A stretch of 64,000 nt of DNA, from the NCBI RefSeq assembly GCF_904374465.1, contig NZ_CAJFFY010000002.1. The stretch is one strand, 5' to 3'. The translations under genes and the position numbers were made by a program. The DNA comes from an uncultured Subdoligranulum sp. Lineage in GTDB: Bacteria > Bacillota > Clostridia > Oscillospirales > Ruminococcaceae. A model generated the notes under the pieces. It saw nothing but the letters and a program-made list of their open reading frames with translations, was not told the DNA's origin and ran no database searches. Position 1 is the stretch's first letter, and the number at the start of each line of letters is the position of its first letter. This document shows, piece by piece, positions 22,909 to 33,655 of this stretch.

Positions 22909-24744
22909 ATGAAAAGGAAAACCATAGACCTACCACGAAACACAGCCGACCTCCTGGCAAAGATCGTCGCCAAACTTAGACCGCCACCGAATTTGACGCT
23001 GAGCCAGTTTGCTGATAAGCACAGAAGGCTAAGCCAAGGAACAAGCGCCATGCCAGGCCGGTGGAAAACCGACCGGGCACCATACCAGCGCGAGATCATG
23101 GACGCCATCAGCGACAACCATGTGCGCAAAGTTGTCGTCATGAGTGCGGCACAGATCGGTAAAACGGACGCGCTGGTGCTGAATCCGCTGGCCTACTACA
23201 TGAAATACGCGCCGGCACCCATCATGGTGATGGAGCCAAGTATTGACATGGGGCAGGGGTTCAGCAAAGAGAGACTGACACCGATGCTGCACGATACCCC
23301 CTGCCTGCGCGGTCTGGTGGATGACAAAAGCCGCATGAGCGGAAACACTATCTTACAGAAGAAATTTCCCGGCGGATTGGTGGTTATTGTTGGAGCAAAT
23401 TCGCCGGCAGGGCTGGCAAGCCGCCCCATCAAAGTTCTACTGGCGGACGAGATCGACCGATACCCGCCAAGCGCCGGAAAAGAAGGAGACCCGTTGAGCC
23501 TGGCTGCCAAGCGGCAAACCACCTACTGGGACCGCAAAGAAGTATACATAAGCACGCCCACCATACGGGGGCAGAGCCGCATCGAAGTGGAGTTTGAGCA
23601 CAGCACACAGGAAGAATTCTATGTGCCGTGCCCGAATTGCGGGCACTACCAGCCGCTAGTGTGGGCCAATCTGGTATACGACAAGCCAAAACCCGGAGAC
23701 ATCCACTATGTATGCGAAAAGTGCGGCACAGCGGATGTGGAATACAGATGGAAAGCACAGGAGATCAAAGGCAAGTGGGTAGCCAAAAAGCCAGAAGAAA
23801 AGGCCAGAGGTTTCCACTTGAACACGCTGGCCAGCACGCTTTGCAGCTGGGAACAAGTGGTGGAAAAATTCAAAAAGGCAAAGCAGCAACTGGACATTGG
23901 CGACCCGGAGTTGATGAAAACCTGGGTAAACACCGAGATGGGGGAAACCTGGGAAGAACGCGGAAAGACAGTGGAAAGCGACAGCCTGCTGGCACGCCGG
24001 GAACTGTACGAAGCTGAGGTGCCGGACGGTGTCCAGGTGCTTACTGCAGGAATTGATACACAGGATGACCGTTTTGAAATTGAGGTTGTGGGATGGGGCG
24101 CCGGAAAAGAAAGCTGGGGCATCCGTTACCAAAAAATCTATGGAAACCTTCAGGAGGAAACCATCTGGAATGATCTGGACGAGTTCTTGAAACGAACCTG
24201 GAAAAAGAAAGACGGAACGGCGATGCACCTGCTGGCAACCTGCATGGACAGCGGCGGACACTACCCGGACCAAGTGCTACGGTTTTGCGCTGCGCGCTGG
24301 GCGCGGCGCATTTTTGCCATCAAGGGACGCGGTGGCGCGGCGGTGCCCTTTATTTCCAACCCGACTAAAAACAACCGCGTGAAAGCGCCGCAGTTTACCC
24401 TGGGCGTTGATACAGGGAAGGTTTTGCTGTATGAACGGCTGAACGTAAAAGAACAGGGACCAAACTACTGCCACTTCCCGATCAATGAGGACAGAGGTTA
24501 TGACGAAAAGTATTTCCAGGGTCTAACGGCAGAAAAAATGGTGCTGCGGTACAAAAAGGGCCGGGCAACATTCAGCTGGGAGCTGAAAGAGGGAATCAAA
24601 CGAAACGAACCGCTGGACATCCGAAACTATGCCGGGGCTGCACTGGAAATCGCAAACCCGCCCCTGACACCGGAAGAAGCAGAACAAAAGTCGGTAGCGC
24701 AGGCAAAACCGCGCGGCCGCAGACAACTGAGCGGAGGAATCTAA
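22909..24744 (+). CDS. Terminase large subunit, lambda GpA family
   Basis: LSQFADKHRRLSQGTSAMPGRWKTDRAPYQREIMD and SAAQIGKTD (Walker A-like) are typical of GpA; start MKRKTIDLPRN. Confidence 0.9.
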   Translation: MKRKTIDLPRNTADLLAKIVAKLRPPPNLTLSQFADKHRRLSQGTSAMPGRWKTDRAPYQREIMDAISDNHVRKVVVMSAAQIGKTDALVLNPLAYYMKYAPAPIMVMEPSIDMGQGFSKERLTPMLHDTPCLRGLVDDKSRMSGNTILQKKFPGGLVVIVGANSPAGLASRPIKVLLADEIDRYPPSAGKEGDPLSLAAKRQTTYWDRKEVYISTPTIRGQSRIEVEFEHSTQEEFYVPCPNCGHYQPLVWANLVYDKPKPGDIHYVCEKCGTADVEYRWKAQEIKGKWVAKKPEEKARGFHLNTLASTLCSWEQVVEKFKKAKQQLDIGDPELMKTWVNTEMGETWEERGKTVESDSLLARRELYEAEVPDGVQVLTAGIDTQDDRFEIEVVGWGAGKESWGIRYQKIYGNLQEETIWNDLDEFLKRTWKKKDGTAMHLLATCMDSGGHYPDQVLRFCAARWARRIFAIKGRGGAAVPFISNPTKNNRVKAPQFTLGVDTGKVLLYERLNVKEQGPNYCHFPINEDRGYDEKYFQGLTAEKMVLRYKKGRATFSWELKEGIKRNEPLDIRNYAGAALEIANPPLTPEEAEQKSVAQAKPRGRRQLSGGI

Positions 24745-24981
24745 ATGGCGGGAATTACGATTGAAATTGCCCAAAAGCACCTGGACACCTGGCTGGATGC
24801 AGAAATGGCTATCGCTACCGGACAGAGCTATACCATAGGGAGCCGACGCCTGGACCGCGCCAACTTAACCGAAGTACGCAACGCAATCACCTATTGGCAA
24901 AATCAGCTGCAGAAAGCGCAGAACGCAGAAACACAGAAAGGACGAAACGCAGCGTACCGGGCAGTATACCGGGACCTGTAA
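24745..24981 (+). CDS. Head-tail joining protein, lambda gpW-like
   Basis: 78 aa between terminase and portal; TWLDAEMAIATGQSYTIGSRRLDRANLTEV. Confidence 0.75.
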   Translation: MAGITIEIAQKHLDTWLDAEMAIATGQSYTIGSRRLDRANLTEVRNAITYWQNQLQKAQNAETQKGRNAAYRAVYRDL

Positions 24982-24993
24982 GGAGGCGGACAG

Positions 24994-26574
24994 ATGGGAA
25001 AAAGGCTTGAAAAGGCTATTGCCGCTGTAGCGCCGCAGCTGGCGTTGAAACGTGCTGCCGCACGGCAGGCCCTGAAAATTGTTGATTCGGGATATGACCA
25101 CTATGGAGCAAACCTGTTAAAGCGCAGCATGGTGGGGTGGAACTTCACCAGCCGGGACGCGACTTCGGACATAGAGGTAAACCTGGACATACTGAGGCAG
25201 CGAAGCCGGGATGCGTACATGGGCGTGCCGCTGGCCACCGGCGCCCTGCGCACGCTGCGCACCAATACAATTGCCAGCGGATTGCAGCCCACACCGCAGA
25301 TTGATGGGGACTACCTGAACATGAACCCGGAACAGGTAGGAGAGCTGCAAGCGCAGATCATGCGCGAATTCAGACTGTGGGCAAACTCGCCGCTGTGCGA
25401 TGCAGATCGCATCGACACTTTCTACCAGTTGCAGCAGCTGGCATTCCTTGGGTGGCTGATGAACGGTGATTCTTTCGCCCTGATGCCTATGCGCCACGAT
25501 ACGGGAATGCCCTACGATTTGCGCGTGCGGGTGATCGAAGCAGACAGAGTATGCAGCCCGAATACGACGGACGTGCTGGAACCAACCACCGTACAGGGAT
25601 ATGCCGTGTACCGCATCATGAACGGTGTGGAAACCGACGAAAGCGGGGCAGTGAAAGCCTACTGGGTGTGTAATCGGCACCCCGGTTCGGTGCTGAACAC
25701 GGCACCCATGAAGTGGACCCGCGTGGAGGCTTTTGGTGAAAAGACCGGACGCCCGAATATCCTGCATGTTATGACGCGGGAAAGAGCCGGGCAGGTACGC
25801 GGTGTGCCGTTGCTTGCGCCGGTACTGGAAGTGCTGAAACAGTTGGGGAGGTACACGGAAGCAGAACTTTCGGCCGCAGTGATCACGGCAGCGTTTACCG
25901 TTTTCATCGAAAAAGAAGAAGCCGGAGCGCCGCCGCCGATTGGGGAAGTTGTGCCGGACCCGTTAAAACTGCCCACTACCGACAGTACCAACATCGAACT
26001 TGCCCCGGGGGCCATCATCGACTTGAACCCGGGCGAAAAAATTGAAACAGCTTCCCCCAACCGGCCCAATGCCAAATTTGAGGCATTCTACGACGCCATG
26101 GTAAAGCAGATCGGAACAGCACTGGAAATCCCGCCGGAAGTGCTACACAAGGCGTTTAACTCCAACTACTCGGCAGCGCGCGGCGCGTTGAACGAATTTT
26201 GGCGGGTTTGCGATATGAACCGCGGATGGTTTGTGGAAAAGTTCTGCCAGCCGATTTATGTGGCCTGGTTCAGTGAGGCCGTAGCCAGAGGACGCATCAA
26301 CGCCCCCGGCTTTTTTAATGACCCGCTGACGGCGCAGGCCTACACCAACTGCCGTTGGAACGGACCGGCCAGAACCAACCTGAACCCTGTGCAGGAAGTG
26401 GATGCTGCCGAACGCCGGGTAGCCGCCGGATTCAGCACAGCAGAGGAAGAAACCGCCCAAATGACAGGGGGGAGCTACGCAGCCAATATCCGGCAGAGAA
26501 AGATTGAAGCACAGATGAGAAAGGAGGTCGATGACATTGCCGATGCACAGCAAAACACCCAGGGCAACAAATAA
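24994..26574 (+). CDS. Portal protein, lambda family
   Basis: 526 aa, with position and sequence typical of lambda-type portals. Confidence 0.85.
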   Translation: MGKRLEKAIAAVAPQLALKRAAARQALKIVDSGYDHYGANLLKRSMVGWNFTSRDATSDIEVNLDILRQRSRDAYMGVPLATGALRTLRTNTIASGLQPTPQIDGDYLNMNPEQVGELQAQIMREFRLWANSPLCDADRIDTFYQLQQLAFLGWLMNGDSFALMPMRHDTGMPYDLRVRVIEADRVCSPNTTDVLEPTTVQGYAVYRIMNGVETDESGAVKAYWVCNRHPGSVLNTAPMKWTRVEAFGEKTGRPNILHVMTRERAGQVRGVPLLAPVLEVLKQLGRYTEAELSAAVITAAFTVFIEKEEAGAPPPIGEVVPDPLKLPTTDSTNIELAPGAIIDLNPGEKIETASPNRPNAKFEAFYDAMVKQIGTALEIPPEVLHKAFNSNYSAARGALNEFWRVCDMNRGWFVEKFCQPIYVAWFSEAVARGRINAPGFFNDPLTAQAYTNCRWNGPARTNLNPVQEVDAAERRVAAGFSTAEEETAQMTGGSYAANIRQRKIEAQMRKEVDDIADAQQNTQGNK

Positions 26575-27676
26575 GCCTTTTTGGCGGTTTGAAAATAACG
26601 CGGACGGAACCGCGGAACTGTATTTATACGGAACGATCTCGGAAACGACATGGTGGGGAGATGAAGTGACACCCGCCATTTTTTTGAGCGATCTGAAAGC
26701 ACTGGGGCAAATAAGCAAACTGGTGGTGCGCATCAACTCCGGCGGAGGGGATGTTTTTGCAGCTCAAACCATTGGCAACAACCTGGAAACGTGCGGAGCT
26801 TATACGGAGTGCCACATAGACGGCGTATGCGGAAGCGCAGCCACAATCGTGGCAAGCCACTGCAAAAAAGTGGTCGCGGCGTATGATGCTACCTACATGA
26901 TACACAAGCCACAACTGGGATTGGATGACTACTTTGAGGAACACGATCTGCGGGCGCTGGCGGATGCACTGAAAACGGTACGCACAAATATTTTGAGTGC
27001 GTATCAGATTAAAACAGGAAGGCCGGTAGAAGAACTTGCCCAGGAAATGGATGCCACGTCGTGGTGGACCGCTTCGGAAGCAAAAGAGCATGGGTTTATA
27101 GACGAAGTAGATACTTATGCGCGTGTGGGACAGGTAGAAAATCGGGCGGGAGTGCTGTTTGTGAACAGCGTGAGCACCGGAATCCCCTATGCAGAAGCAG
27201 AAAAACACTTTGGGAAAACCCCGGAAACCACCGGGGTTTCTAATACATCGAAATTGCCGAACAACGAGGAGGAAAGCCAGATGGCAGAAAAAATCATTCG
27301 GACAGTGGACGAGCTGTGTGCCGCCTATCCCGACCTGGTGAATCAGATCATCCAGGACGCGACCACGCAGGAGCGCCAGCGCATCCACGACATCGAGGAC
27401 ACCATGCTGCCCGGCGGTGAGAACATCGCCAACGACGCCAAGTATACGCATCCCATGAGTGCTGCCGATTTTGCGGTAGCGCTCATTCGTGACCAGAAGC
27501 AGAACGGCGCCCACTACCTGCAGAACGTCAATGACGACGCCAAGAACGGCGGCGCCAATGGCGTGGGACAGGCTGCGCCCGGCAGCAACCCGAAGGAAGA
27601 TACCCCGAAGGACAGCGAGGGCAACGACTTCATGGCATCGTTGAAGAAAGCCGCCCGCGACCCTTCCAAGGCGTAA
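26531..27676 (+). CDS. Head maturation protease / scaffold (ClpP-S49 type, lambda C-like)
   Basis: VVRINSGGGDVFAAQTI is a ClpP-like motif; AAGGAGG RBS. Confidence 0.8.
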   Translation: MTLPMHSKTPRATNKPFWRFENNADGTAELYLYGTISETTWWGDEVTPAIFLSDLKALGQISKLVVRINSGGGDVFAAQTIGNNLETCGAYTECHIDGVCGSAATIVASHCKKVVAAYDATYMIHKPQLGLDDYFEEHDLRALADALKTVRTNILSAYQIKTGRPVEELAQEMDATSWWTASEAKEHGFIDEVDTYARVGQVENRAGVLFVNSVSTGIPYAEAEKHFGKTPETTGVSNTSKLPNNEEESQMAEKIIRTVDELCAAYPDLVNQIIQDATTQERQRIHDIEDTMLPGGENIANDAKYTHPMSAADFAVALIRDQKQNGAHYLQNVNDDAKNGGANGVGQAAPGSNPKEDTPKDSEGNDFMASLKKAARDPSKA

Positions 27677-27688
27677 AGGAGGACCACT

Positions 27689-28036
27689 ATGGAGTACGAT
27701 CTGACCCCGAAAACCTTCACCCATGAACCCAAGCAGTTTATTGCCGGTATGGCGGAAATCATCACCGCCGTGAAGCCTGCCTCGGCTGCGCTGAAAGAGC
27801 ACGCACCGGTTATTCTGGATTCTTCCGGCAAGCTGGCCCCCGTGACGGACAGCGCCGGGACTGCCCAGGTAACGGGCCTGTACGGTATTACCGCAGGACC
27901 GGCCGCCAAAGCGGATGACGAAGTGGTTGTGTACCTGACCGGCGAATTTTTTGCCGACGGCCTGCAACTGGAAAGCAGCGTGGAAGTAGCCGACGTGGAA
28001 GTGCCCCTGCGCAATCTGGGCATTTTCTTGAAGTAA
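27689..28036 (+). CDS. Head decoration protein (gpD-like)
   Basis: 115 aa between protease and major capsid. Confidence 0.65.
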   Translation: MEYDLTPKTFTHEPKQFIAGMAEIITAVKPASAALKEHAPVILDSSGKLAPVTDSAGTAQVTGLYGITAGPAAKADDEVVVYLTGEFFADGLQLESSVEVADVEVPLRNLGIFLK

Positions 28037-28055
28037 GAAAGGAGGAATACGAACT

Positions 28056-29108
28056 ATGGCAGACAACCTGATCAGCATTTATGACCCCCGGACCCTGGCG
28101 GGTGTTGTGCGGATGAACCCGCCCACCCACACGTTCCTGAAAGACACCTTCTTCACCAACCTGCGGCTGTCTCCCACTGAAAGCGTGGACATCGACCTGG
28201 TGAAGGGAAACCGCAAAATGGCGGCGTTTATCCATCCGCTGGTGGGTGGCGAGATCGTGCGCGAGATCGGATATGAAACCAAGAGCTATGTGCCCCCGCT
28301 GCTGAACCCGGAAACCATCACCACCGCCGACAGCCTGATGAAGCGGATGCCGGGAGAAAGCCTGTACAGCGGCCGTACCCCGGCGGACCGTGCTGCCGAA
28401 AAGCTGACCCAGGATTACAACAAGCTGAACGACATGATCACCCGCCGCGAGGAATGGATGTGCGCCCAGGTACTGACAACCGGCAGCGTGCCCGTGAAAG
28501 GCAAGGGCGTCGATGATGTCATCGACTTCGGCCTGACCAACAAGGAAACCCTGCAGAATACCAAAAAGTGGGATGGAACGGCAAAAAACATCCTGGGCGA
28601 TCTGCGCCGCTGGAAAAAGACGGTGCAGCAGAACGGGTTTGCTAATGTGGACGTGGCTATTCTGGGTTCTCTGGCTGCCGATGCGCTGCAGAGCGATGAC
28701 AAGATCATGAAGCTGCTGGACAACCGACGCATCGAGATCGGCAACCTGGGATTCCGGGAAATGCCCAACGGTGTGACCTGGATTGGCTATCTGGCTGACC
28801 CCGGCCTGAACCTGTACATGTACAACGAGGTTTACCTGGACGACTGGACCGAGCCGGAGTCGCCCACCACCAAGCCGCTGATCCCCGACAACATGTGCCT
28901 GCTGCTGCCCCGCAATGCCAACTTCATGCGCGCTTACGGCATGTGCACTTACCTGGATGACAACGGCCTGTGGGTGACGGCTGACGCTGACCGCATCCTG
29001 CGCAGCTATGTGAAGCACGGGCCTGATCGCCGGATGCTGGAAGCCCAGAGCCACCCCCTGATGATTCCCGACAAGGTGGACAGCTGGTTCGCGGCAACTG
29101 TCCTGTGA
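28056..29108 (+). CDS. Major capsid protein (lambda gpE-like)
   Basis: 350 aa; MADNLISIYDPRTLAGVVRMNPPTHTFLKDTFF. Confidence 0.85.
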   Translation: MADNLISIYDPRTLAGVVRMNPPTHTFLKDTFFTNLRLSPTESVDIDLVKGNRKMAAFIHPLVGGEIVREIGYETKSYVPPLLNPETITTADSLMKRMPGESLYSGRTPADRAAEKLTQDYNKLNDMITRREEWMCAQVLTTGSVPVKGKGVDDVIDFGLTNKETLQNTKKWDGTAKNILGDLRRWKKTVQQNGFANVDVAILGSLAADALQSDDKIMKLLDNRRIEIGNLGFREMPNGVTWIGYLADPGLNLYMYNEVYLDDWTEPESPTTKPLIPDNMCLLLPRNANFMRAYGMCTYLDDNGLWVTADADRILRSYVKHGPDRRMLEAQSHPLMIPDKVDSWFAATVL

Positions 29109-29128
29109 TCGAGCCGGGAGGAAGCACT

Positions 29129-29521
29129 GTGAGTGTCGAGATTGACCAGGAACTCCCCGAAAGCGGTATGAATACAAAACGCCTTACCTTCAAAGAGGCC
29201 GTAGCCGCAGACATCGACGCCGTGTTTTTTAACGAAATGGAACACGCGACGCTGCACTCGGTTGACGGGAAGGAACTGTGGATTATCACGGATGAAAACA
29301 TCTTGAAGGACCGGCAAGCGCACTGGGAAGGGGGCGCCAAGCAGAGCTTTGATAGTGGGCTGTATGTTGGTGACTTCCTGTTCTTTGTGCGCGTGAAGGA
29401 CTTTGGAGCGCGCCCGAAAATCGGAAGGACACTAATACTGGACGGCCGGAGATATTCCGTTCTGAACGTAGAAGAAGATGCGGGAGTATATTCGATTACG
29501 CTGCAGAGGATACGACAATGA
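29129..29521 (+). CDS. Putative head-tail connector protein
   Basis: GTG after GGGAGGAAG; assigned by position after the capsid gene. Confidence 0.45.
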   Translation: MSVEIDQELPESGMNTKRLTFKEAVAADIDAVFFNEMEHATLHSVDGKELWIITDENILKDRQAHWEGGAKQSFDSGLYVGDFLFFVRVKDFGARPKIGRTLILDGRRYSVLNVEEDAGVYSITLQRIRQ

Positions 29522-30228
29522 GCATGGTGTTTTATGATGCCGGCAGCATGACAATCGGTGTAGATTCGTCACAAGTAGAAGAACGGCTGGGAGAAATTCG
29601 CAACAAGGCCCCGGCGGTTATCAAGGTGGCAGCAAACTATACCGCACGCGAAACGAGAAAAGAAATGCTCCGGCGAGCGCTAAACCGATACGCCGTGAAC
29701 GCCAAGGGAAAGGAAAAGATCCAGGGACTAAAGCAGAGGGTGAAAGCGACGAACGCAAATCCGGCTGCGGTGCTTTGGATTGGTGGAAACGCGGGTATGC
29801 GATCTGACCTGGCGTATTTCCGTCATCAAGACACAGCCGCACACAGCGGAAGGGATTGGAAAAACGGACCGGAGGTATTCCGAGCACAGGTTCTGAAACG
29901 CGGCGGAATGAAAAAACTATCCGGCAGCGACGGCGGAAGCAAGGGGTTCTTGGCACATTTTTCCAGCGGGCATATCGGAATGATACAGAGAGTGATCGGG
30001 TCGAGCACGAACCGAATGACGACATACACAGGCGCGGCGCGGTGGAAAAACGCGCAGGGGAAGGTTGAGAAAACCAGGACCTACTCCGCTCCGTCCGGAA
30101 CGGCAATGCACCGGACCGTGTGGTACAAGGAAGAAGCGGCCCAATATGCCCAGGATACGTTGCAGAGAAAACTTGAAGATCAGATCGAAAAGGTGATTGC
30201 TCGCGCAGCAGCAAAGTCGGGAAGGTGA
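29518..30228 (+). CDS. Putative head-tail / neck protein
   Basis: 236-aa ORF in the morphogenesis operon. Confidence 0.45.
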   Translation: MSMVFYDAGSMTIGVDSSQVEERLGEIRNKAPAVIKVAANYTARETRKEMLRRALNRYAVNAKGKEKIQGLKQRVKATNANPAAVLWIGGNAGMRSDLAYFRHQDTAAHSGRDWKNGPEVFRAQVLKRGGMKKLSGSDGGSKGFLAHFSSGHIGMIQRVIGSSTNRMTTYTGAARWKNAQGKVEKTRTYSAPSGTAMHRTVWYKEEAAQYAQDTLQRKLEDQIEKVIARAAAKSGR

Positions 30229-30232
30229 CACG

Positions 30233-30748
30233 ATGGCAAAAGGGTATACGGCGCGCATGATGCAGCTGGCGATGATCGAGGAACTGGAAGGTCTGTTCAA
30301 GGACAAAAAGTTCAACGGCCAGCAGAGCAAAAAAAGCCTGAAAGTGTTCAAACAAAATTTGCCAATCGACGACGGAAACGACGAGGACGCCGATACTGAC
30401 GCAGCAGCGTCGCCGTATATTGTGGTGATTCTGGGAGAAGGAAGCATCAAAGACCCGGACAGCCCACAGATCGTAAGCGTGATGCTGACAATCTGCTGCT
30501 ATGACGAAGGAAAAGAGCGCGAAGGGTACGAGGATGTCCAAAACATCATTGAGGACATTCTGCAGCATTTTTGCGTGTCACCGCAGTTTGGAGCGGCTTT
30601 TGAGGTCATGAGAGAAACAGACCACGAAATGCAGTGGGCTATACAGCAGGACGACACATACCCGTACTACTTTGGGGCGGTGTTGTTGGACGTAACCGTC
30701 CCGGCAATGACGGGAGATCAGAACAAAAATTGGGGGGACATGATATGA
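30233..30748 (+). CDS. Putative tail completion protein
   Basis: Start MAKGYTARMMQ; assigned by position. Confidence 0.45.
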   Translation: MAKGYTARMMQLAMIEELEGLFKDKKFNGQQSKKSLKVFKQNLPIDDGNDEDADTDAAASPYIVVILGEGSIKDPDSPQIVSVMLTICCYDEGKEREGYEDVQNIIEDILQHFCVSPQFGAAFEVMRETDHEMQWAIQQDDTYPYYFGAVLLDVTVPAMTGDQNKNWGDMI

Positions 30749-31014
30749 GCGAAAAGACCGTGCCGGCTGCGCAGAAGGCAGCGGCAAAGAAGGCCAAAGG
30801 CCCGCTGGTTTACTGCGGGCCTACGGTGAGAGGGGTGGCAAAACAATTTACCGTGTACACCAACGGAATCCCCTCTGCACTGGAAAAGTACATGACGGAA
30901 CGCCCGGAAGCGCGGAGCCTGCTGGTGCCCGTTGAACGGATGCCCCAGACTCGCGAGAATCTGCGCAAGAAGGGAACCGCGGAAGCGGTTATTTTTGAAA
31001 AGCTGATGAAGTAA
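30745..31014 (+). CDS. Hypothetical structural protein
   Basis: ATGA overlap; 89 aa immediately before the sheath gene. Confidence 0.5.
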   Translation: MSEKTVPAAQKAAAKKAKGPLVYCGPTVRGVAKQFTVYTNGIPSALEKYMTERPEARSLLVPVERMPQTRENLRKKGTAEAVIFEKLMK

Positions 31015-31027
31015 GGAGGAAGCAAAG

Positions 31028-32479
31028 ATGCCTTACAAACATGGAGTATACATCACCGAGAATCCGACGGCTATTTCCGCCCCTGTTGAAACGAATGCCG
31101 GAGTGCAGATCGTGATCGGTACGGCGCCGGTCAATCTGCTGGCGGACCCTGCGGGCGCGGTAAACAAGCCGATTTTGGTCAATACATACGCGGAAGCTGT
31201 GGCGGCAGTTGGGTTTTCCAAAGACTTTGCCAGCTACACGCTGTGCGATGCCATCAGCGCAAGTTTCCAGGTGGTTGGAGCTGGGCCGCTGGTGCTTATC
31301 AACGTGCTTGACCCGGCAAAGCATACGACGGCGCTTGAGGAAACCACTGTGCAGGTCAACAACAAGGCCGCTCTGCTGGAACAGACTGGAATCCTGCTGA
31401 ACGAGCTGAAGGTCAAGAAAGAGGAAACGCCGCTGACTGCAGGCCAGGATTATACAGCGACCTTTGACGACGACGGTTATGTCGTTATTGCCTTGCTGGA
31501 AAGCGGTGCCGGGACGGGCGCCACCACGTTGAAGGTGAGCGGAAAGCGTATTGACCCCGACAAGGTCAGCGAGGAAGATATTGTCGGCGGCGTGGATGTT
31601 TCGTCCGGAGCCGAAACCGGAATGGAGGTTATTCGCCAGGTCTACCCCAAGCTGGGCATTGTTCCCGGACTGCTGCTGGCACCGCGATACAGCAGCAAGG
31701 CGACAGTCGCGGCGGCGCTGCAGGCGAAATGCACTGACATCAACGGGTGTTTTAAGGCTTTCTGCATCGTAGACATCGACAGCGGAGAAACCGGAGCCAA
31801 AAAGTACACCGACGTGAAGAAGAAAAAAGAAGCTGCGGCGGTCAGCAGCGAGTACAGCGCAGCGGTGTGGCCGTTTGCCAAGGTTGGAGATGTGATCTAT
31901 GCAGGCAGCTCTATGCTTGCCGCTGCGCTGGCTTACAGCGACGCGCAAAACGACGACACTCCCAATGTCAGCCCCTCCAACCAGAGCGTTGCCATCAGTG
32001 CGGCTTGCCTGGAGGACGGGACGGAGGTGTACCTGGACCAGCAGCAGGCCAACGAGGTCAACGGCATGGGAGTTGTGACCTGGCTTAACTTTAACGGCTG
32101 GCGCGCCTGGGGCAATAATACATCGGCGTACCCCGGAACCACGGACCCGAAGGACCGGTGGATTGGGTGTCGGCGCTTTATGAGCTATGCGGCAAACACC
32201 TTTGTTACGAGCTATTTCCAGAAGGTGGACGGCGTACTGAACAGCCGCCTTATCGAGAGCATTGTGGACAGCGAAAACATGCGTGGGAACGCATTTGTGG
32301 CGCGGGGCGTTTGCGGCTCTTACCGTGTGGAATACAACGAAGCCGAGAACCCTGCTTCCCAGCTGCTCGACGGGCACCTTGTGCTGCATATGTATATGTC
32401 CCCCTTCCCGCCCGCGGAAGTCATTGAGGACATCATCGAGTATGATGCCAGCGCCCTGGAAACTGCGATGGCACAGTGA
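31028..32479 (+). CDS. Contractile tail sheath protein
   Basis: 483 aa; MPYKHGVYITENPTAISAPV is a typical sheath N-terminus. Confidence 0.9.
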   Translation: MPYKHGVYITENPTAISAPVETNAGVQIVIGTAPVNLLADPAGAVNKPILVNTYAEAVAAVGFSKDFASYTLCDAISASFQVVGAGPLVLINVLDPAKHTTALEETTVQVNNKAALLEQTGILLNELKVKKEETPLTAGQDYTATFDDDGYVVIALLESGAGTGATTLKVSGKRIDPDKVSEEDIVGGVDVSSGAETGMEVIRQVYPKLGIVPGLLLAPRYSSKATVAAALQAKCTDINGCFKAFCIVDIDSGETGAKKYTDVKKKKEAAAVSSEYSAAVWPFAKVGDVIYAGSSMLAAALAYSDAQNDDTPNVSPSNQSVAISAACLEDGTEVYLDQQQANEVNGMGVVTWLNFNGWRAWGNNTSAYPGTTDPKDRWIGCRRFMSYAANTFVTSYFQKVDGVLNSRLIESIVDSENMRGNAFVARGVCGSYRVEYNEAENPASQLLDGHLVLHMYMSPFPPAEVIEDIIEYDASALETAMAQ

Positions 32480-32492
32480 GGAGGGATGACGA

Positions 32493-33017
32493 GTGATTAG
32501 CAACAACTTTGTACCTGAGAAAATCAATGAGTACAACGTCTACACCAACGGAACCAAGATGATCGGCCTGACCGAGGAGGTGGCTCTCCCCGAGATCAAG
32601 ATGAAGAGCAGCACTGTGGAGGGGCCTGGAATCAAGGGCGAAATCGACAGCCCTACGATTGGACAGTTCGAGAGCATGGAAGCCACGCTGAAATTTCGCA
32701 CGCTGTATTCCAGCGCTACCGATTTGCTGGACCCCACGGCCACACAGAACCTGACCCTGCGCGCGGCACAGCAAGTGCTTGACCGCACGAGCGGTTACGC
32801 CTTTAAGAGCCTGCGGGTGGTGCTGGGCGGGCGCACCAAGAGTTTCAACCCCGGAAAAGTTCAGCGCGGCGAGTCGATGGACGCCGAACTGACCGTCGAG
32901 GTTACCTACTACATGGTCGAGGTAGACGGGCAGCAGGTGCTCTTGATCGACAAGCTGAACGATGTCTACATTGTGAACGGAAAAGACCTGCTGGCAACCA
33001 TCAACTCTATGATCTGA
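32493..33017 (+). CDS. Tail tube protein
   Basis: 174 aa following the sheath; P2 FII-like. Confidence 0.8.
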   Translation: MISNNFVPEKINEYNVYTNGTKMIGLTEEVALPEIKMKSSTVEGPGIKGEIDSPTIGQFESMEATLKFRTLYSSATDLLDPTATQNLTLRAAQQVLDRTSGYAFKSLRVVLGGRTKSFNPGKVQRGESMDAELTVEVTYYMVEVDGQQVLLIDKLNDVYIVNGKDLLATINSMI

Positions 33018-33073
33018 ATGCCCGCCCTGGCGACTGAGCCAGGGCGGCTGTTTTGTAAGAAAGGAAAAACACC

Positions 33074-33655
33074 ATGGAAAAAATCAAACTGTGCAAGCCG
33101 TTCTCCTTTGAGGGCAAGGAATACACCGAAGTTGAGCTGAAGCATCTGGACGAAATGACGGTGAAAGATGTGATCGAGGTCCAGAAGGAAACCGCAGCAA
33201 ACGCTTCGGCGACGTTGGCAACCGTGTCCAGCACAGCCTTCATCATTGGGCTGCTGGCTCGCGCCGCCGAAATGCCGGTGGAATTCTTCAAGCTGATGCC
33301 CATGCAGAGCATGAAAGAAGCGCGAATGGAAATCATGAAGCGCTTCGGAAGCAACGAGAAAAAACCGCATGACGGGAAACTGGAACTGGAAAAGCCTTAT
33401 ACCTACAAGGGCAAGAGCTACACCGTGGTGGAGTTTCCGGGCGCGTCGAAGCTGTGCGGAATGGACATGATGGAGGCCGAAGATACCATCGCAGAGGAAG
33501 GGTTTGTGGCGCCGTACCCGCAAGGAAACTACCTGTATTGCTGCGTTCTGATGGCACGCGCAAGCGGGCTTCCGGAAGAGTTCTTCACCGGCCTGCCGAT
33601 GAACGAAGCCACAAAGATCAAGAACGCGGTCGAGAGCAAAGATTTTTTCGAGTAA
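33074..33655 (+). CDS. Tail assembly chaperone (short form)
   Basis: Lies between the tube and tape measure genes. Confidence 0.75.
   Translation: MEKIKLCKPFSFEGKEYTEVELKHLDEMTVKDVIEVQKETAANASATLATVSSTAFIIGLLARAAEMPVEFFKLMPMQSMKEARMEIMKRFGSNEKKPHDGKLELEKPYTYKGKSYTVVEFPGASKLCGMDMMEAEDTIAEEGFVAPYPQGNYLYCCVLMARASGLPEEFFTGLPMNEATKIKNAVESKDFFE

Noticed and set aside
30989-32536. 515-aa minus ORF
   Set aside because: It is antisense to the tail sheath gene, which has a strong RBS and a recognisable sequence.
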